Shown in pieces: positions 1 to 12,892 of a stretch of DNA of 64,000 bases (the stretch's first letter is position 1; each line of letters starts with the position of its first letter). The position numbers and the translations under genes were made by a program. The stretch lies in assembly GCA_964188305.1 (NCBI GenBank), contig OZ076889.1. One strand, written 5' to 3'. The notes under the pieces were generated by a model. That model worked only from the letters and a program-made list of their open reading frames with translations, was not told the DNA's origin and made no database searches. Source of the DNA: Podarcis bocagei. Its lineage: Eukaryota.

Positions 1-114
1 GATGAGATCTATCAGAGGACATCCCAATGAAAAGGTAGAAGGGTAATTGGTTCTCCTTGAATTGTGACCACCTTTCTGGAAATTACAGGGCATCATGGGA
101 TTTGCAGTACTCAC

Positions 115-290
115 TGTACTAGCTCGCTTGTAGTGGCCTTCGGACTTGACAAAGTCGATGAGAAAGTCATCCAGGAACCAAGTAAAGGTGAGGTCCATTG
201 TTGGGTCATGAGAGGCACGACATTGAAGGGTAATATTTTCACCTACATTAATGTCAGCACTGGATGGTGCGAGGGTGATTTTAGTGGCAT
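115..290 (-). CDS. CNTN2: CNTN2 exon 13 (176 nt): [59 protein letters not shown], Ig6 N-part
   Basis: Manual translation; ttttctgcag| and ACA|gtgagt splice sites. Confidence 0.96.
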
Positions 291-1127
291 CTGCAGAAAA
301 AAGCAGGTGAGATGATCATTAGTTGTCAATAGTTGTTTGTGCATATCAGTTTTCATTAACATAACACGGGCACAGAAAAAGGTGAATGACATCTGTCTCT
401 GAATACAGATTTGCTGGTGAAAAAAATAACTAGAAACTAGGAAAGCCCAGAGCACCTCAGTTATGGTTCTGCCATCCCCAAAGAATCAGTGAGAAGGGCT
501 GCAACACTGTCGTCTTGAACCAGTTGTATCTTTTACTGTGTGCTTAATGTGGTTGGAAAGGAAGGAAAGCCCACTTTAATTACTTCAGTGAACTAGCAAT
601 ACACTCTTCTCTTGCTGTAGTACTTGCAGGGCAGAAATGATGGCAAAATGTATTGTTGACCTTTCCATTATTGCAGTGTTTCTCAAACAGCATGCAGGGA
701 CTCGCCACATGGCCTCAGTGCCACAGCTTGCCCAGTGTTTCCTCACTTGCCTACCCCACCCCTAGCTATGCCACAGCCTTTCGGCTGGTCTAAGCTCAGC
801 CTCAATGATTCCTTGCATGATGGGAGAAAGAGAAGTCTGAGGCTAGTGGGAGAGAGGGAGGGTCTCCCTCTTCTGAGGGGAAAGTGCCAGAGGAGGTGCT
901 GAAGGAAATGAGAAAGTAAGATAATACGATAATACTTAACAACAACAACAAACTGCAAATAGAAAGGAAGGGGATAACTGAGGAGACCTGTTATGGGAGA
1001 AATAAGAGAATTTTGTGACTGTAGGCCCTCAGTAATTTTCAGCCTCCTTGAGTAGGCCCTGGGGGTAGGAAGCTTGAGAATCCCTGCATTATTACATTTG
1101 GTCCCAGTGGCAATAAGATGCCCTTAC

Positions 1128-1255
1128 CTCGAACTGAGAGAACTCCTGTGCTGTTTGCTTTGCCCATGAAATTCTCTGCGAAGCAGGTGTATTTGCCCTC
1201 ATCTAACTTGCTAATATTCCGAATGATCAAGGTGCCATCTGGAGTGATGGTGATG
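1128..1255 (-). CDS. CNTN2: CNTN2 exon 12 (128 nt): [43 protein letters not shown], Ig5 C-half
   Basis: ORF 1039..1230; tcgctgcag| and G|gtaagg splice sites. Confidence 0.97.
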
Positions 1256-2449
1256 CTGCAGCGAAAGAAGAGCCCATCAGGAGAAAGTGAGAGAATAATT
1301 CAGCCAACCACAGACCCGCTTGCCTGTCACGGGACATGTAGCATGAAGGCAGTGATGAATTCTGTCAAATGCGTCAGCTGAAAGGTATTGGAAATAATAT
1401 GTCGTATAACATTGGCCTTCCAAAGAAAGACTGAGCTGCCACTGGGCTGCAGCGATAGCATGGCAGCTCTGTTTAGTTTTGTTTTAAGAGATAAAGGAGA
1501 AAGGGTTACTGGGAGAAAAGGGGATCCTAAGTCCTGCTCCCTGTTAGGGGTTATCTTACATCTGGTCACCTGGGGGCAGAAAGATGATTCAAAGGTGGAG
1601 ATGGGTCTCATATGCAGGCTGCAGTTAAAGGTGCAGCAAACAACTGGATAACTATGTTATTTTACAAGCAAACAAGCAACTCTAGTTACTTTTGGAAGTT
1701 TTAAATCAGCAGGCTAGGATAGCCAACAGTAGCTATGATTAACTTTCACCAAAAAGAAATACATGTCCTTACTCTTAAATACGGTAATTGGACAAGATAT
1801 AGTTGCAAAGCTGAATACTTCCATGTATGAAATACACTTATTTAAAGGATATTGCCATTTTTCTGCCTCAAGCTGCTTGAAGGTGATGTGATTCAAGCTT
1901 ACATTTTCACTGTGCAAATCCTTTGGGAATACTGTTCTCTGTACAAGCTGTTTAAGGATTGCCAATTGTCTACCACTCTTCTAACCATCTGGGAAATCAT
2001 CTTGTGTGGCAGGGAGGACACTCCTTCGCAGTTTCAACACTGCTTCTTGCTTGCTAGATTTTCATAGTAAATGTAGGTGGTGCTCCAAAATCCAAGCAAC
2101 CTAGCACAACTGAAGTGCTGAATAAAAACCTCTCACGTTCCTGCACAAATCATGCTTTTCTGCCAAGCTACCATTTGGACAACAGATATCACTGCCCCCC
2201 CCAAAAAACAATTCAAGGGGCTTAGAGCAGAGCCACCAGGCAAGAAGATGCTGCTTCTGAAGGATCAATCCTAAGGAGACTTACCCCACTGAACACACCG
2301 GGACAGCCTTCCAAGTAAACACACATGGGATCAGTTCCACACAATAAATTTAAGCTAACCAGAAGCCAGCAGGATAATTGCACTGAGAAGGGACTGCATG
2401 CTCAAAGCTACTTAGTCTTAGCTAGGAACTAGTTTAAGGGTCCTCATAC

Positions 2450-2600
2450 CTGGAGCTGTTGCTCAGAAGCTCAGTCCCTTTGGTCCAGAGTATAATGGCC
2501 TTTGGTGCAGCTCTTGGCTGGCAGTGGATAATGATTTCTCCGCCTCGAGCTGCTGGTATTAGTCGCCTCACGGGGTTTAGCCGAAAATCTGGAGCAAAGG
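2450..2600 (-). CDS. CNTN2: CNTN2 exon 11 (151 nt): [50 protein letters not shown], Ig5 N-half
   Basis: ORF 2434..2712; cccctttag| and AG|gtatga splice sites. Confidence 0.97.
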
Positions 2601-3747
2601 CTAAAGGGGAAAATAAAATGATTAAGTAGGTTTTACGAATGCTGAGCCCTGGGAATGGTAAAAGCGAGCTTCCTGTAGATTCTATAATAGTGCAAAAGTA
2701 ACACAATAACATATATCATGGCTTCTGTTAAATAAAGTTGCCTGTTTGTTACTTGGACACCTAAAGTAATGTTGTAACAGTGAGGTGCCTCAGTGTTTGG
2801 TCCAAGTGAGACAAATTTAACTACGCAAACCTCCAATTCATTGAACAAAATGCAAATGTGATTGTGTTTTACACTGTGAAAATCAGCATGCTGCAAGTTC
2901 AGATCAATGAAGCCTAAAAAGTCTGAAATTGAACACTTTGAAGAATAAAATGTCAAAACCTAAGCTTGATTAATACTTCAAAATAGCTACATCTTAATTT
3001 TTGAACAGAAAGATTACTGATTCCAAGTGCAATTTCAAAGTCAGAACTTCAAAACTCAAAACCCCAGAAGTCATTGAATTTGAAACTGATTGAAATGTGT
3101 GTTCAATGTCTAAAAGGGCAGCTGCCTGTTTCTGTTCAGTCCTGTCAAAGCAAATGAGCCAGAAATACACGCAGTTAATAAAATCTATAGGCCTAAAAAA
3201 CAAAATAGGGGGAAATGTTGTGGCTAATTAGAGAAGTTTGATTCACCTCTATTCATCTTACATCAGACTGAATTCACATACCAATATGGATGAAAAAGTC
3301 TGCTAGTTTCACTATGCATGTAGGCATATTTCAATCTTGGCTGCGATAGTGCCTTGATCTTTGAGAAAAACCAACTGAGATTGGCCATAAATACTATATT
3401 GCCTCATAACCTAAGCAGATGCTGACATTTCAAATTAAAACCATTTGAGGTTTCTTAGATTTTTCTTGCCACTAAGACTGCTAGAATACAATCTGTTAAC
3501 AGCAGTCCTCCAAGACTAAAGAAAATAAAATGAAATTCACCATGAAGCAATATGGCAAAGTATTAGGCCAGTCCATTATCTTACTGCTTTTTAGACAGGG
3601 AATCTGCCAATATTTAAGATTAAAATCCAAGCATTAATACTAGTGAACAAGTCCCATTCAACACACAGGGCTCACTTCTGGAGAAATAACCCCCTTTCTA
3701 AAGCATATTGGTATTGCCCAGACAATCCACAGAAATCCAGAACGTAC

Positions 3748-3877
3748 CTTGCACAGCCAATTCAGCACTTGCATAAATGCTGCCATGCTTGTTCTCTCCT
3801 ACACACTGGTACATCCCAGAGTCCTCCATTGTTAACTTTAAAATCCTCAAATCCCCACTATTCACTTCAATGCGATT
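3748..3877 (-). CDS. CNTN2: CNTN2 exon 10 (130 nt): [43 protein letters not shown], Ig4 C-half
   Basis: ORF 3698..3889; ttgcacag| and G|gtacgt splice sites. Confidence 0.97.
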
Positions 3878-5165
3878 CTGTGCAAACAAGTAGATTAGGT
3901 GGTTAGATCACAACACAGAGCATGAAATGCAAGTGCTATATACACAGAAGTGAGTTTCAGTAGAGAACATCACATTACCCTTCTCAGTAGTGACACGGTT
4001 GTGCTGTTCAACACATTTGCCCTATTCTGTGCCTGCTGCCACTCACGTGTCTCTGTGCATATGCCTAGAGGGCATGGTTAGCCTCTGGCCTATGGGCCCT
4101 CCAAATGTGGTCCTTCGGGCTTTCTTTCTGCCCCAGGGAGTCTCTTTAGGCCATGGTCTGTCTCCAAGGCCATGACTCCTCACTGTTCCTCATCAGGTTG
4201 TCCTGAATGGAAAGTTTCATTGAAAGGTGATCGTACCTCTTGTTTGAATGGAGAGATGTGTATTTGTTGTAATGAGTTTATGTATAGAAAACTCTGCCTT
4301 TTTCTTTGCTGGAATTCAGCCTACCAAACACAGGTAAGAGACATTAACATCTCTGTCAACTTTTGCCTCTGGCCCTGCCTTCCATTGGTATACAGCCTTT
4401 GGAAAGTTGTCTATAGATACAGACCAACTTTGGTATACAGAAACAGTGCAACAACTGAAGCACAGCAGACGTCATCTCTAAGGATATCTGTCCAGTTTAA
4501 AAAGCTATTCTTTGATATTTTGCTCACCCAGAGCTGGACATATTGTCTTGAAAAACAGAACAATGCAAATGAATATGCCATGTTCTCAGCAGATTCACTC
4601 CATTGAATGCCTGACCCCAATATTTATATGTGGCCCACGCTTTCGTGCCCAGAAATCTCTCCAACCAATTTCTCCCCAGAAAGACATCAGTTTATAATTT
4701 AAAGAACCTAGCATTGCAATGCAGATTAAAAATATCCAGTAGCTGAGGGGTTCCAGTCAGACAATTTAGAAGTGGCAAATAAGAACAAAACGACTATGGG
4801 GGAAACAAAACAAAACAAAAAACAACAACAACACACAAACTTTTTGAGGCAAAAGTTAAGGTTCAAGTTCTTAATGCATTTCGAAGCAATGTGAGGCTGC
4901 AATCCTAAAGTCATGTATCTGGGAAGAGGTCCCCACTAAATTCAATGGAACCTACTTCTGAGACAAATATACGATTATGCTGCGGAAAAGGAGCAGAAAG
5001 AGACATTCAGGAGCATGTGTACTTCTGTTCTTACAAAGGTCACCCCGGTTTGTTTTTTCGTTTTGCTATTTGTACATTAAGGTGCAGCTCTATCAATTCC
5101 AACTTAAAAGCAGCCAGGTAGCAATCCTCTTTGTTGCAGATCAAAAGTGTGGCACACTGGTATAG

Positions 5166-5660
5166 CAAAAGGAAGGATTTATGACACAACAGAGGCCATC
5201 ATACAAGGCAACCAAATCAGTTTCTGAGCCAAAACTGGACCTAAACCCCAGTTGATATGGGTCTAGAAAATCACTTTCCTCCAAGAGCACCTGGATCTGG
5301 TCCATGACCACCTGCTCAGGAACTTTGCCCAAGAAGGGGAGATTGGAAACTGAATGGCAATTACTTAGGTTTTCCGAATCCACATAGGATTTCTTGAAGA
5401 GAGGTTTTACCACAGCTTTTTACCCTTGCCTTTTTACTATTCCCTCTCGCATGGAGACATTAATCACCTCCCTGGCCCTTCCAGCTATCCTCCTCCTCCT
5501 TGCTAGTTTTTACCTGCCAAGAGGGGCAAGGGTCCAGAGTGTAAGTGGTCACCCAGACCAATCCAAGTACTTGTCCACATCATGCCTTACTAACTGAAAC
5601 TTATCCAACATAACAGGGCTAGACAGTGCTCTGGACACCTTTAGAGATTAATCTGCTGTA
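5166..5660 (-). mobile_element. L2/CR1-clade LINE fragment, degenerate reverse transcriptase N-terminal region
   Basis: ORF 5141..5413 VKPLFKK..NLPFLGKVPEQVV..FLDPYQLGFRSSFGSETDLVALYD matches the PLLKK/NYRP(I/V)SNL/QSGFR/ETAL motifs of non-LTR RTs. Confidence 0.88.
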
Positions 5661-6704
5661 ACAGTAGGGTCAAAGTCTTGGCAAGATCAAGCAATTTTAT
5701 TCTCAAAATGCTTTGCAAAAAAAATCACAGTGAGCTACTGTCAGTTCTACCACCTCCTTTGAACCAAACCATAAAAGGCCCCATACTACCTGGAAAAGCT
5801 CTGCTGGATGTCAAATGTGGTTCCCATGGAGGCAGCAAAGTATGCCTTCTTTGCTGCTTTCACTGCCACTAAATAGGCTAATGGTACATAGCTTGCTCTG
5901 TATTTTTATCATGTATTTCTCTGAAGGGTAACAAGGATTTCTGTATTTAAAGCCCTTCCTTTGTTTTCTGATCTGCTCTTGGAAAAGTCACACAATGTTA
6001 GCTAATATGTGAACTCCAAAGTCCACTACCCTTTCATGTAAGTCTCTCGGCTTTAGTACAACTTTGGCTTAATCCTTATTCTTTAAGCTTTCTGCCTTTG
6101 CATCAAAAGCCCTTCAGTTAAAATATCCCCTAACAATCCAAATTAACATGTTTGCTTATTACCCAGTTATAGCTCATTCACATCTTGAGTACCACTAATT
6201 CTTGCTAAGTTAATACCGACTGTGATTAATGGGAAGATAGTACGGAATGTGAGCAAAACCAAATTGTGACATTATTCATCCAATTAACAATTGTGTGATT
6301 ATTTTAAAGGAAAACATATAGCAAATGCTGGGGGACGAGAGTTGGACTGGGACCCCAAAGGGGCATTTAACCCTTTGCCTTGGCTGCGGTCCAAATCCAG
6401 ACTACCCTGCACAGCTGCTACGTGCAGCTAGGAAAAACATCCCTTTGGTGCAAGAACCAAAATAAAATCCTCCCCTCCTCCTACACAGTTCTGATCCAGA
6501 TCAGTCTTCCCCACAGCTACTTACTACTTCTTAATTATTACTTTTTAAAATCATACAACTGTTAGCGGCATTCATAATGTCACATCTAGTTTGGGCCTAA
6601 GAACATAACCAGGAGAAATGAACATTTGAGGTTGTTTCCAGGTAGCTTACTGGCTTGAATTTACAGAATTGACAACAGGTGGCCAAACACAGGACTGTAG
6701 GGAG

Positions 6705-6858
6705 GGTCCACTGGTCTACCTAGCTCAGCACTGTCTACATTGACTAGTAGTTGCTCTCTAGGACAGGAGACTTTGCCAGACTGACCTGGAGATACTGGGG
6801 ATTGAACATGGGACTTTCTGAATGCAGGGCAGGTGTTCTACCTCTGAATCATGGCCCT
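6705..6858 (-). mobile_element. tRNA-derived SINE (Squam3-like)
   Basis: Reverse-complement homology to 17372-17570. Confidence 0.75.
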
Positions 6859-7071
6859 AAGAATGCTCAATCCTTTCTCTTGACCTTAGCATGGCATAGA
6901 TTTCTATTAGTTAGTTAGTGGCAGATAGCCTGCTTTGTACTTTCGACTGTGGTTTCCTTTGCTCCCATCGTTTAAACAGGTTTCATATTTATTATTGCGC
7001 TTTTATGTGGCATTTCTATTTTGCACCCCACCTACAAAAGGGAACCACAATGCCAGTGACAGATGGGCTAC

Positions 7072-7208
7072 CTGAGAGGTTAAGGGCTGCCCGTTCCGTA
7101 GCCATTTGACGGTAGGCCTTGGCTTGCCAGCTGCAGCACAACTCCAGCGAAGGTCTGCTCCGATGTCAGCCTCTTTGTCTGAGATGACCTTCAGCCATTC
7201 TGGCTGAG
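7072..7208 (-). CDS. CNTN2: CNTN2 exon 9 (137 nt): [46 protein letters not shown], Ig4 N-half
   Basis: ORF 7003..7245; tttttatag| and CAG|gtagcc splice sites. Confidence 0.97.
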
Positions 7209-7719
7209 CTATAAAAAGAACAAGAAGAGAACGGGATGTATGCACTTCAGACAGGAAGCAGTGTGAGATTCATGATGCTCAAGTTGTGGTGGGAATTTAT
7301 TACAATGTGCGACCCCTAACAACCCACATTTCATTTCCAAAACATTGATTAAAAAAATATATGGGGAAAACATGTAACTTGGAGGTTCACAGATTTGAAC
7401 AACCCATCTCAGCCCTAGATTCTGCAGATTATTCCATCCTTAGGGGTGGATCCCTTATTTCATCGTTATGCTTTAGGTTTCCACCCACCCTGTGCACTAT
7501 TTGGGAAATATGAAAAGCACAGAGAAAGGTTCAAGAGGGACCTCCAGCTCTCTTTTCATTTGGATCAATGTACTAGGAAAGATGAAGAGCTGAGGGCTGC
7601 CTGTCAGGGGATTGCTGGGAGCTCCAACTATGCTGCCCCCAAGCATTCTAAGGATGGGCGGGATAGAAATATAATAAAAGGATAAGATACTTGTGAAGGA
7701 ACCTCCAGGAGTGCTTTAC

Positions 7720-7895
7720 CTTGGATGATGATGCGGCCCCGATAGGTGTCTTTTCCTTGGGCATTTTCAGCTTCACACTCATAAGTGCCTTCATCTTCAA
7801 AGCCAATCTCCTTAAACTGTAGAAGGGGTTCAGTTGTGATCCACTCAGAGGACTGGCTACCATCCAACTTCCGCCATTTTATTCGAGGGACAGGG
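7720..7895 (-). CDS. CNTN2: CNTN2 exon 8 (176 nt): [58 protein letters not shown], Ig3
   Basis: ORF 7628..7867; aatctag| and G|gtaaag splice sites. Confidence 0.97.
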
Positions 7896-8918
7896 CTAGA
7901 TTATAAATAAACCTCTGTAAAAGGGCACTTCAAGCTTCAGCATCAATGCAACAGCAACAAACACTGGAATCCAGTGCAATTCAATTATTTCCCTTTCCTC
8001 ATTGTGAGCCTTATGTCTTCCATTTTTTAAACTAGCCAAGCTTTTCTCTTTGACCTGTTAGTAAACTATCATTGTCTCTCACAACCCACACCTTAATTTA
8101 CAGAAACAAGAGTTCTGTTGGCATTCAAGTCTTCTTACACATCATATCCTCTTGATGGGGGAAAAAAATCACTTCCACCTACCCAACTGCGATTCTCAGT
8201 TTGGTGTGGTCTTTGCACATGCTCAGAGGCACTCTTATTTATTATACCATCCATTTGAAGGCAAATACATAACATTAAAAGCAGATTCTGGCGAGTTCAG
8301 GAGCAGCCTATGCACTATTTTGGTGGGGTGGGCAGTGCTATGGTGCCTTCCTCTTGACACCAGAATCAATGCTGCTTACCTGGATGGGCCAGGGCCACCC
8401 AGGTGCACTGGCAGCACCTGGTTGGCTCCATCTGTGTACCCAGGCAGCCCTGACTTCGCTGCTGCCCTGTACTACCCAGGTAAGTGGCAGCATCACCAGT
8501 GCTGGGAGGCTGACTCCACATCACCACACCAGCCACTCCTGGGTGGGTCCTAGCTCAAACTAGTCAACGTTTACTGACCAACACCCCAAAGTCATCTAAA
8601 GGATTATTAAATATTTCAGATTATTAAAAACCTCACTCACAAACAGGGCAAAGGAGTAAAATAGATGGGGAATAGGGCTTCATCAAATGTTTGCTTGGTT
8701 ATGTTCCAGATAATGCAGGCTAAGAATCTATGATCCTCAAACTTTCTTCAGGACAGAGTTTCTCTGATATTTAAAACAGCAGCTCTCTTCTTCCTTCCTC
8801 TTCTGCATTCTTGGTTCCTCAGAACAGAGTCTACAATATTCAACTCATAACTATGTTGGCCTCCAACTTTTCTGCTGTCACCAGCAAGAGACTGAATGCA
8901 ATTGACACAAGTACTCAC

Positions 8919-9018
8919 TTCCCAAAGGCAAAGCACTCCAAAGCCACCAGCTGCCCGGCCAGAGCATAAGTGTCAGAAGGAAACTTGGCTTTAATGCTGG
9001 GAGCAAACGGCCTGGAAT
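8919..9018 (-). CDS. CNTN2: CNTN2 exon 7 (100 nt): [34 protein letters not shown]
   Basis: Manual translation; cttcccacag| and AA|gtgagt splice sites. Confidence 0.96.
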
Positions 9019-9264
9019 CTGTGGGAAGGGGGACAAGAGGTTGAAAGCTTTAAAGCTACCCATGCAGGAGGTTGCAAAGCACAGGCCTCCAAAACGATTC
9101 ATCTTTGAAAAAGTGCATGTTCGAAACCCAATGTTAAGTTCAGCATTTACTTTTTTGTGTACTTGCAGTTTTTACATTACTGGTGTGGCACAGCCGCGGC
9201 TGCCACACAGCCATCACCCACACTGCTCTGACGTAGCTTGTGATGGAAGAGGAGAGCGATGAGT

Positions 9265-9578
9265 AAGGAAATCCTGGTCCACCTCTGTTCCATCTAGCTC
9301 AGTGTCATCTACACCAGCATCCCTCAGCCTGGTGCCTTCCAGATGTTTTTGTCAGCAGCTCCCATCACACTTGACCATTGGCTGGATGAATGAGGCAGAT
9401 GAGAGTAGGAGCCCAACAACATCTGGAGGACGCCAGGGTAGGAAAGGCTGGGATAGACTGACAGCCACTGGCTCTCCAGGGTTTTAGACAGGAGTCTTTC
9501 CCAGCCCAACCTGGAGAGACCAGGGATCAAACTGGAACCTGCTAGATGCAAAGCATGTACCACACCATTGAGCTACAG
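9265..9578 (-). mobile_element. tRNA-derived SINE (Squam3-like) interrupted by a hAT-type MITE at about 9315-9450
   Basis: SINE head at 9455-9578 and tail at 9265-9314 flank a palindromic CAGC..CCAGATGTT..AACATCTGGAGG..GCTG element. Confidence 0.78.
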
Positions 9579-10043
9579 CAGATCCCCCTGAGGTGGCCTT
9601 AGGCCAGCCACTCTCTCTTACCTGTCCCAACCTATTCTGCTATATGGGGATGGTAAGAACGACCTACCTCTCCACCCATAAAAATATTCAGATCACCAAA
9701 GCCACTGGTTGACTCCAAGGAGGAGGACTCAGATTTCAGCACAGCCAGCCAGGAAATAAGCACTGAATATCACCCAGCTGCATGGAAGGCTCCCCACTCC
9801 CCATGAATAGTGCAATAGGGGATCCTCTGTAATCAGGGACCATGGCATCTTGCAGTCCCAAGTAGGCAAGGAACTGCTCATAGGGCACCATACATGGCTG
9901 GCAGGTATGTTTGGCTTGGTGGGTCACAGTTTCTGCAGGCCTACTTCAGAAATGCCTCCATCTAGAGTTGGCCCACCTAGGGTATGTCTCAGAGGGATCT
10001 GTTCAACTGGGCTTCCAACATTGTGGGTCGCCAGTGCACTGAC

Positions 10044-10253
10044 CTTCTCTGAGAAGATTGAGCTGAGATACTTTGCTAAAGACACTCTTCTGAATGGAAT
10101 CAATCTGGCCAGTGACAAAGCAGGAGTAGTTGCCGAGGTCAGAGGCCTCTGTCTTAGCAATGTAAAGGTTTCCCGTTTTTTGGGAGATGAAACGCCTTCC
10201 GTCTGCTGGGATGAAGTTGGGGAATTCGTTCACAAACCAGCGGTATGCAAGTC
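10044..10253 (-). CDS. CNTN2: CNTN2 exon 6 (210 nt): [70 protein letters not shown], Ig2
   Basis: ORF 10003..10263; gcacacag| and G|gtcagt splice sites. Confidence 0.97.
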
Positions 10254-11714
10254 CTGTGTGCAAAGGGAGAGAGAGGGAGAGGATGAAACACTGGCTCCTC
10301 TGTATCAGAGTGATGCTCGGAGGCTGACCTCGGTATGCTATTTCCCAGACTGAGACACAAACTCTGTCCAGTAGCTATTCATTTATTCTGAACAAAGGAA
10401 CAAAAGTGAGCGTATTTGTTGTTTTTCTAGACGGGATGTACAATGCTCCCACAATGTTCATTTTTAGAGAACTGAACCTGATGCCCTCCAATTTCTTGAC
10501 AAGAACTTTGGACCTGCTATTGGTTTCTTCCTTTACTACTTCCGACTCCTCATACCACAGATTGTGGGCTAAAGTTCAACAGTCCTGTGGGTCTCAGCCA
10601 AAGGTTTCTCAAAGTTTTCCATACCAGAATTCCCTTTCTTCCACCCCCATCCCCACAAGAGATCTCTTCTCATTCACATGCTCTTTCCCTTCCTTACATG
10701 CACTGCAACCCCCCACCCACCCAGTAATAATCATGCTGTCCCCTGATAATCAAAACGCGTAGGGTGGGAGGTAGGGATGAACTGAAATCACATCCCTGAA
10801 ATATTCAAGTACAGATTCGCCTATACAAAGAGCATTAATGATTCAATTTCTACAATATCAGCTTCTGGCATGAAATCGACAGCACTGATTTTCACTCTTT
10901 CCTGGGAGAATTCCAGAATTCACAGCTGCAGAATTTAGTCCGAGATGAAGAGAGCAATTCATGTTTCTTAGAGAACACTTCACATTTCAGCTGCCTGTAC
11001 ATACAAGAAAGCATGGGATGTAATAAACCAAGACCTACTGTGAGTAGACCCACTGAACTGAATGAACCTAAGTTAAACAGATAAATTACTTTCCATGAGT
11101 CTACTCTGAGTAGGACTAGCATTTAATACCATCCCATGGCAACTGCTGTTTACACTTGATAAGCAGGTTATTGCTTCATCCATAAAGACCAGGCACAACT
11201 TAGTGCTTATCTACACCTCTCTTTGCCTGCTGCTTTCCCTTGGTGATAACCTGCAGTTTAGCAGGTTATTGGGTTTTCTATGGACTGCCATTTGTTCCAA
11301 TTTAGCACGAAAGAGGTTTTCCAAGGGACAGAGGCAAGGCAAAGGGAAAACTGCTCAGACCTATATGAACAAAATGGAAAAGTTTGAGCTTTCTTTTCTT
11401 CCCCTCCCCCTTTTCTTTAATTTATTTCAATCTGATATAAGATTACAAAAAAGACTTCTCAAAGACAATGTAATTACAATATAGATTCCAGTATATTATA
11501 AATGTTAACCATTAATCAAACAGAGAGACATTTAGATGCAATACATTTCTCCTTTGGGATAGAGCCTTGGTAGTTTATCAATTTCTGCTATGCTGAAGTC
11601 TGGCTTAAGCATTCTGGTGTAGAAAACAACAGCAGCATGTTTCCAGTATTTTGCAAGGATAATTGTTGCCACAAAATTTAAAAAATCAGTGATTTTAACA
11701 GCAAAAGGAGGACA

Positions 11715-12357
11715 TGATTACATAAGGTGTGGAGAAAGTGGATTGTTTTTTCTCTTTCTCATAATATTAGAAACTCAGGGCCATCTAATAAAACAGAAAG
11801 TTGGAAGATTCAGGACAGTCAAAAGAAAGTACTTCACAGTTGACTATGGAACGTAGGGCTATCAAGGGTTCCTAGCCATAACAGCTATGTTCTGCCTCCA
11901 TGGTCAAAGGCAGTAATGATTCTGAGTACCAGTTGCTGGAAGCCACAGGATGGGAGAGTGCCTTGCTTGCTGGTTTCACACAGTCATCTAGTTGGCCACT
12001 GTGAGAGCAATATGTTGGATTAGGTGGAACAGCTGGCCTGATCCAGAAGGATAGTCTTAGGTTCATATGAATTAACTACCAAACAAGGTAATAATGGCCA
12101 CCACACTTTAAAAGAGCATTAGACAAATTCATGGGTGATAAGTTTATCAACAGCTGCTAGCCCAAATGGCCCCAACGTTTGAGACATCATTCCTCTGAAT
12201 ACCAGATGTTTGGAACTGAAAGTAGAGACAGCGCTGTTGCACTCATGTCCTGCTTATGGACTTTCCATGGGCATCTGTTTGACCACTTTGAGAACAGTCT
12301 ATTGAACTAGATGGGCCTTAGGCTTTATCCAGCAGAGTTCTGATTATGCTCTCATGA
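11715..12357 (+). mobile_element. Two CR1 LINE 3' ends, one (about 11855-12070) nested in the other
   Basis: GGAAGATTCAGGACAG..AAAGTACTTC ORF2 end; two copies of the TGGCCACTGTGAG..GGACTAGATGG..ATCCAGCAG..TTATG-type 3'UTR. Confidence 0.7.
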
Positions 12358-12490
12358 AAGGAATGGCTTTGTCCAAATTGCTAAACACAATTATGTATGG
12401 GTTTATACCATTAGCTACCCCTGTCATTTGATGGATTGCTCCCTGAATATGGGTGAGAACCTCATTTCTAGTGCGCTGTCATTGTCTTAC

Positions 12491-12586
12491 CTGGGTAATG
12501 GGGAGGTGGGCTGCAAGTAAACATCACCCCCCAGCCCTCCGTAACCCTCACGGGGTCTCGCTCTTCTGTAGAGAATTCCTGCAAAA
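12491..12586 (-). CDS. CNTN2: CNTN2 exon 5 (96 nt): [32 protein letters not shown]
   Basis: Manual translation; tgtgtttag| and G|gtaaga splice sites. Confidence 0.96.
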
Positions 12587-12818
12587 CTAAACACAAGAAA
12601 TTAGTGGAGGTGATGAAACATGAGCTATGGAAGCCTAACAATCTTACAAATTAGATCTTTCTCTGCTCAGAGAGAAATGATGCTAGTTACAGGCAATCAT
12701 GCTTCCATCATATCAAAAGGAAATTAAATTGAGAGAGTAACGGCAGATGGCATCAGGAACAGCAGTCAGAAAATGTGATGGGAATGAACTAGCTAAATCA
12801 ATACTATCCCCACTGCAA

Positions 12819-12819
<1 letters not shown>

Positions 12820-12874
<55 letters not shown>

Positions 12875-12892
12875 ATCTATCATCTATCTATC
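12820..12892. repeat. (TATC)n microsatellite
   Basis: Direct reading. Confidence 0.97.

Noticed and set aside
5141-5413. Functional reverse transcriptase gene
   Set aside because: Short degenerate LINE fragment (NYRP motif decayed to NCHS) with no catalytic YADD region.
9850-10353. 167-aa plus-strand ORF
   Set aside because: Antisense shadow of CNTN2 exon 6; no recognisable domain. The same applies to 1118-1381, 64-315 and 24357-24665.
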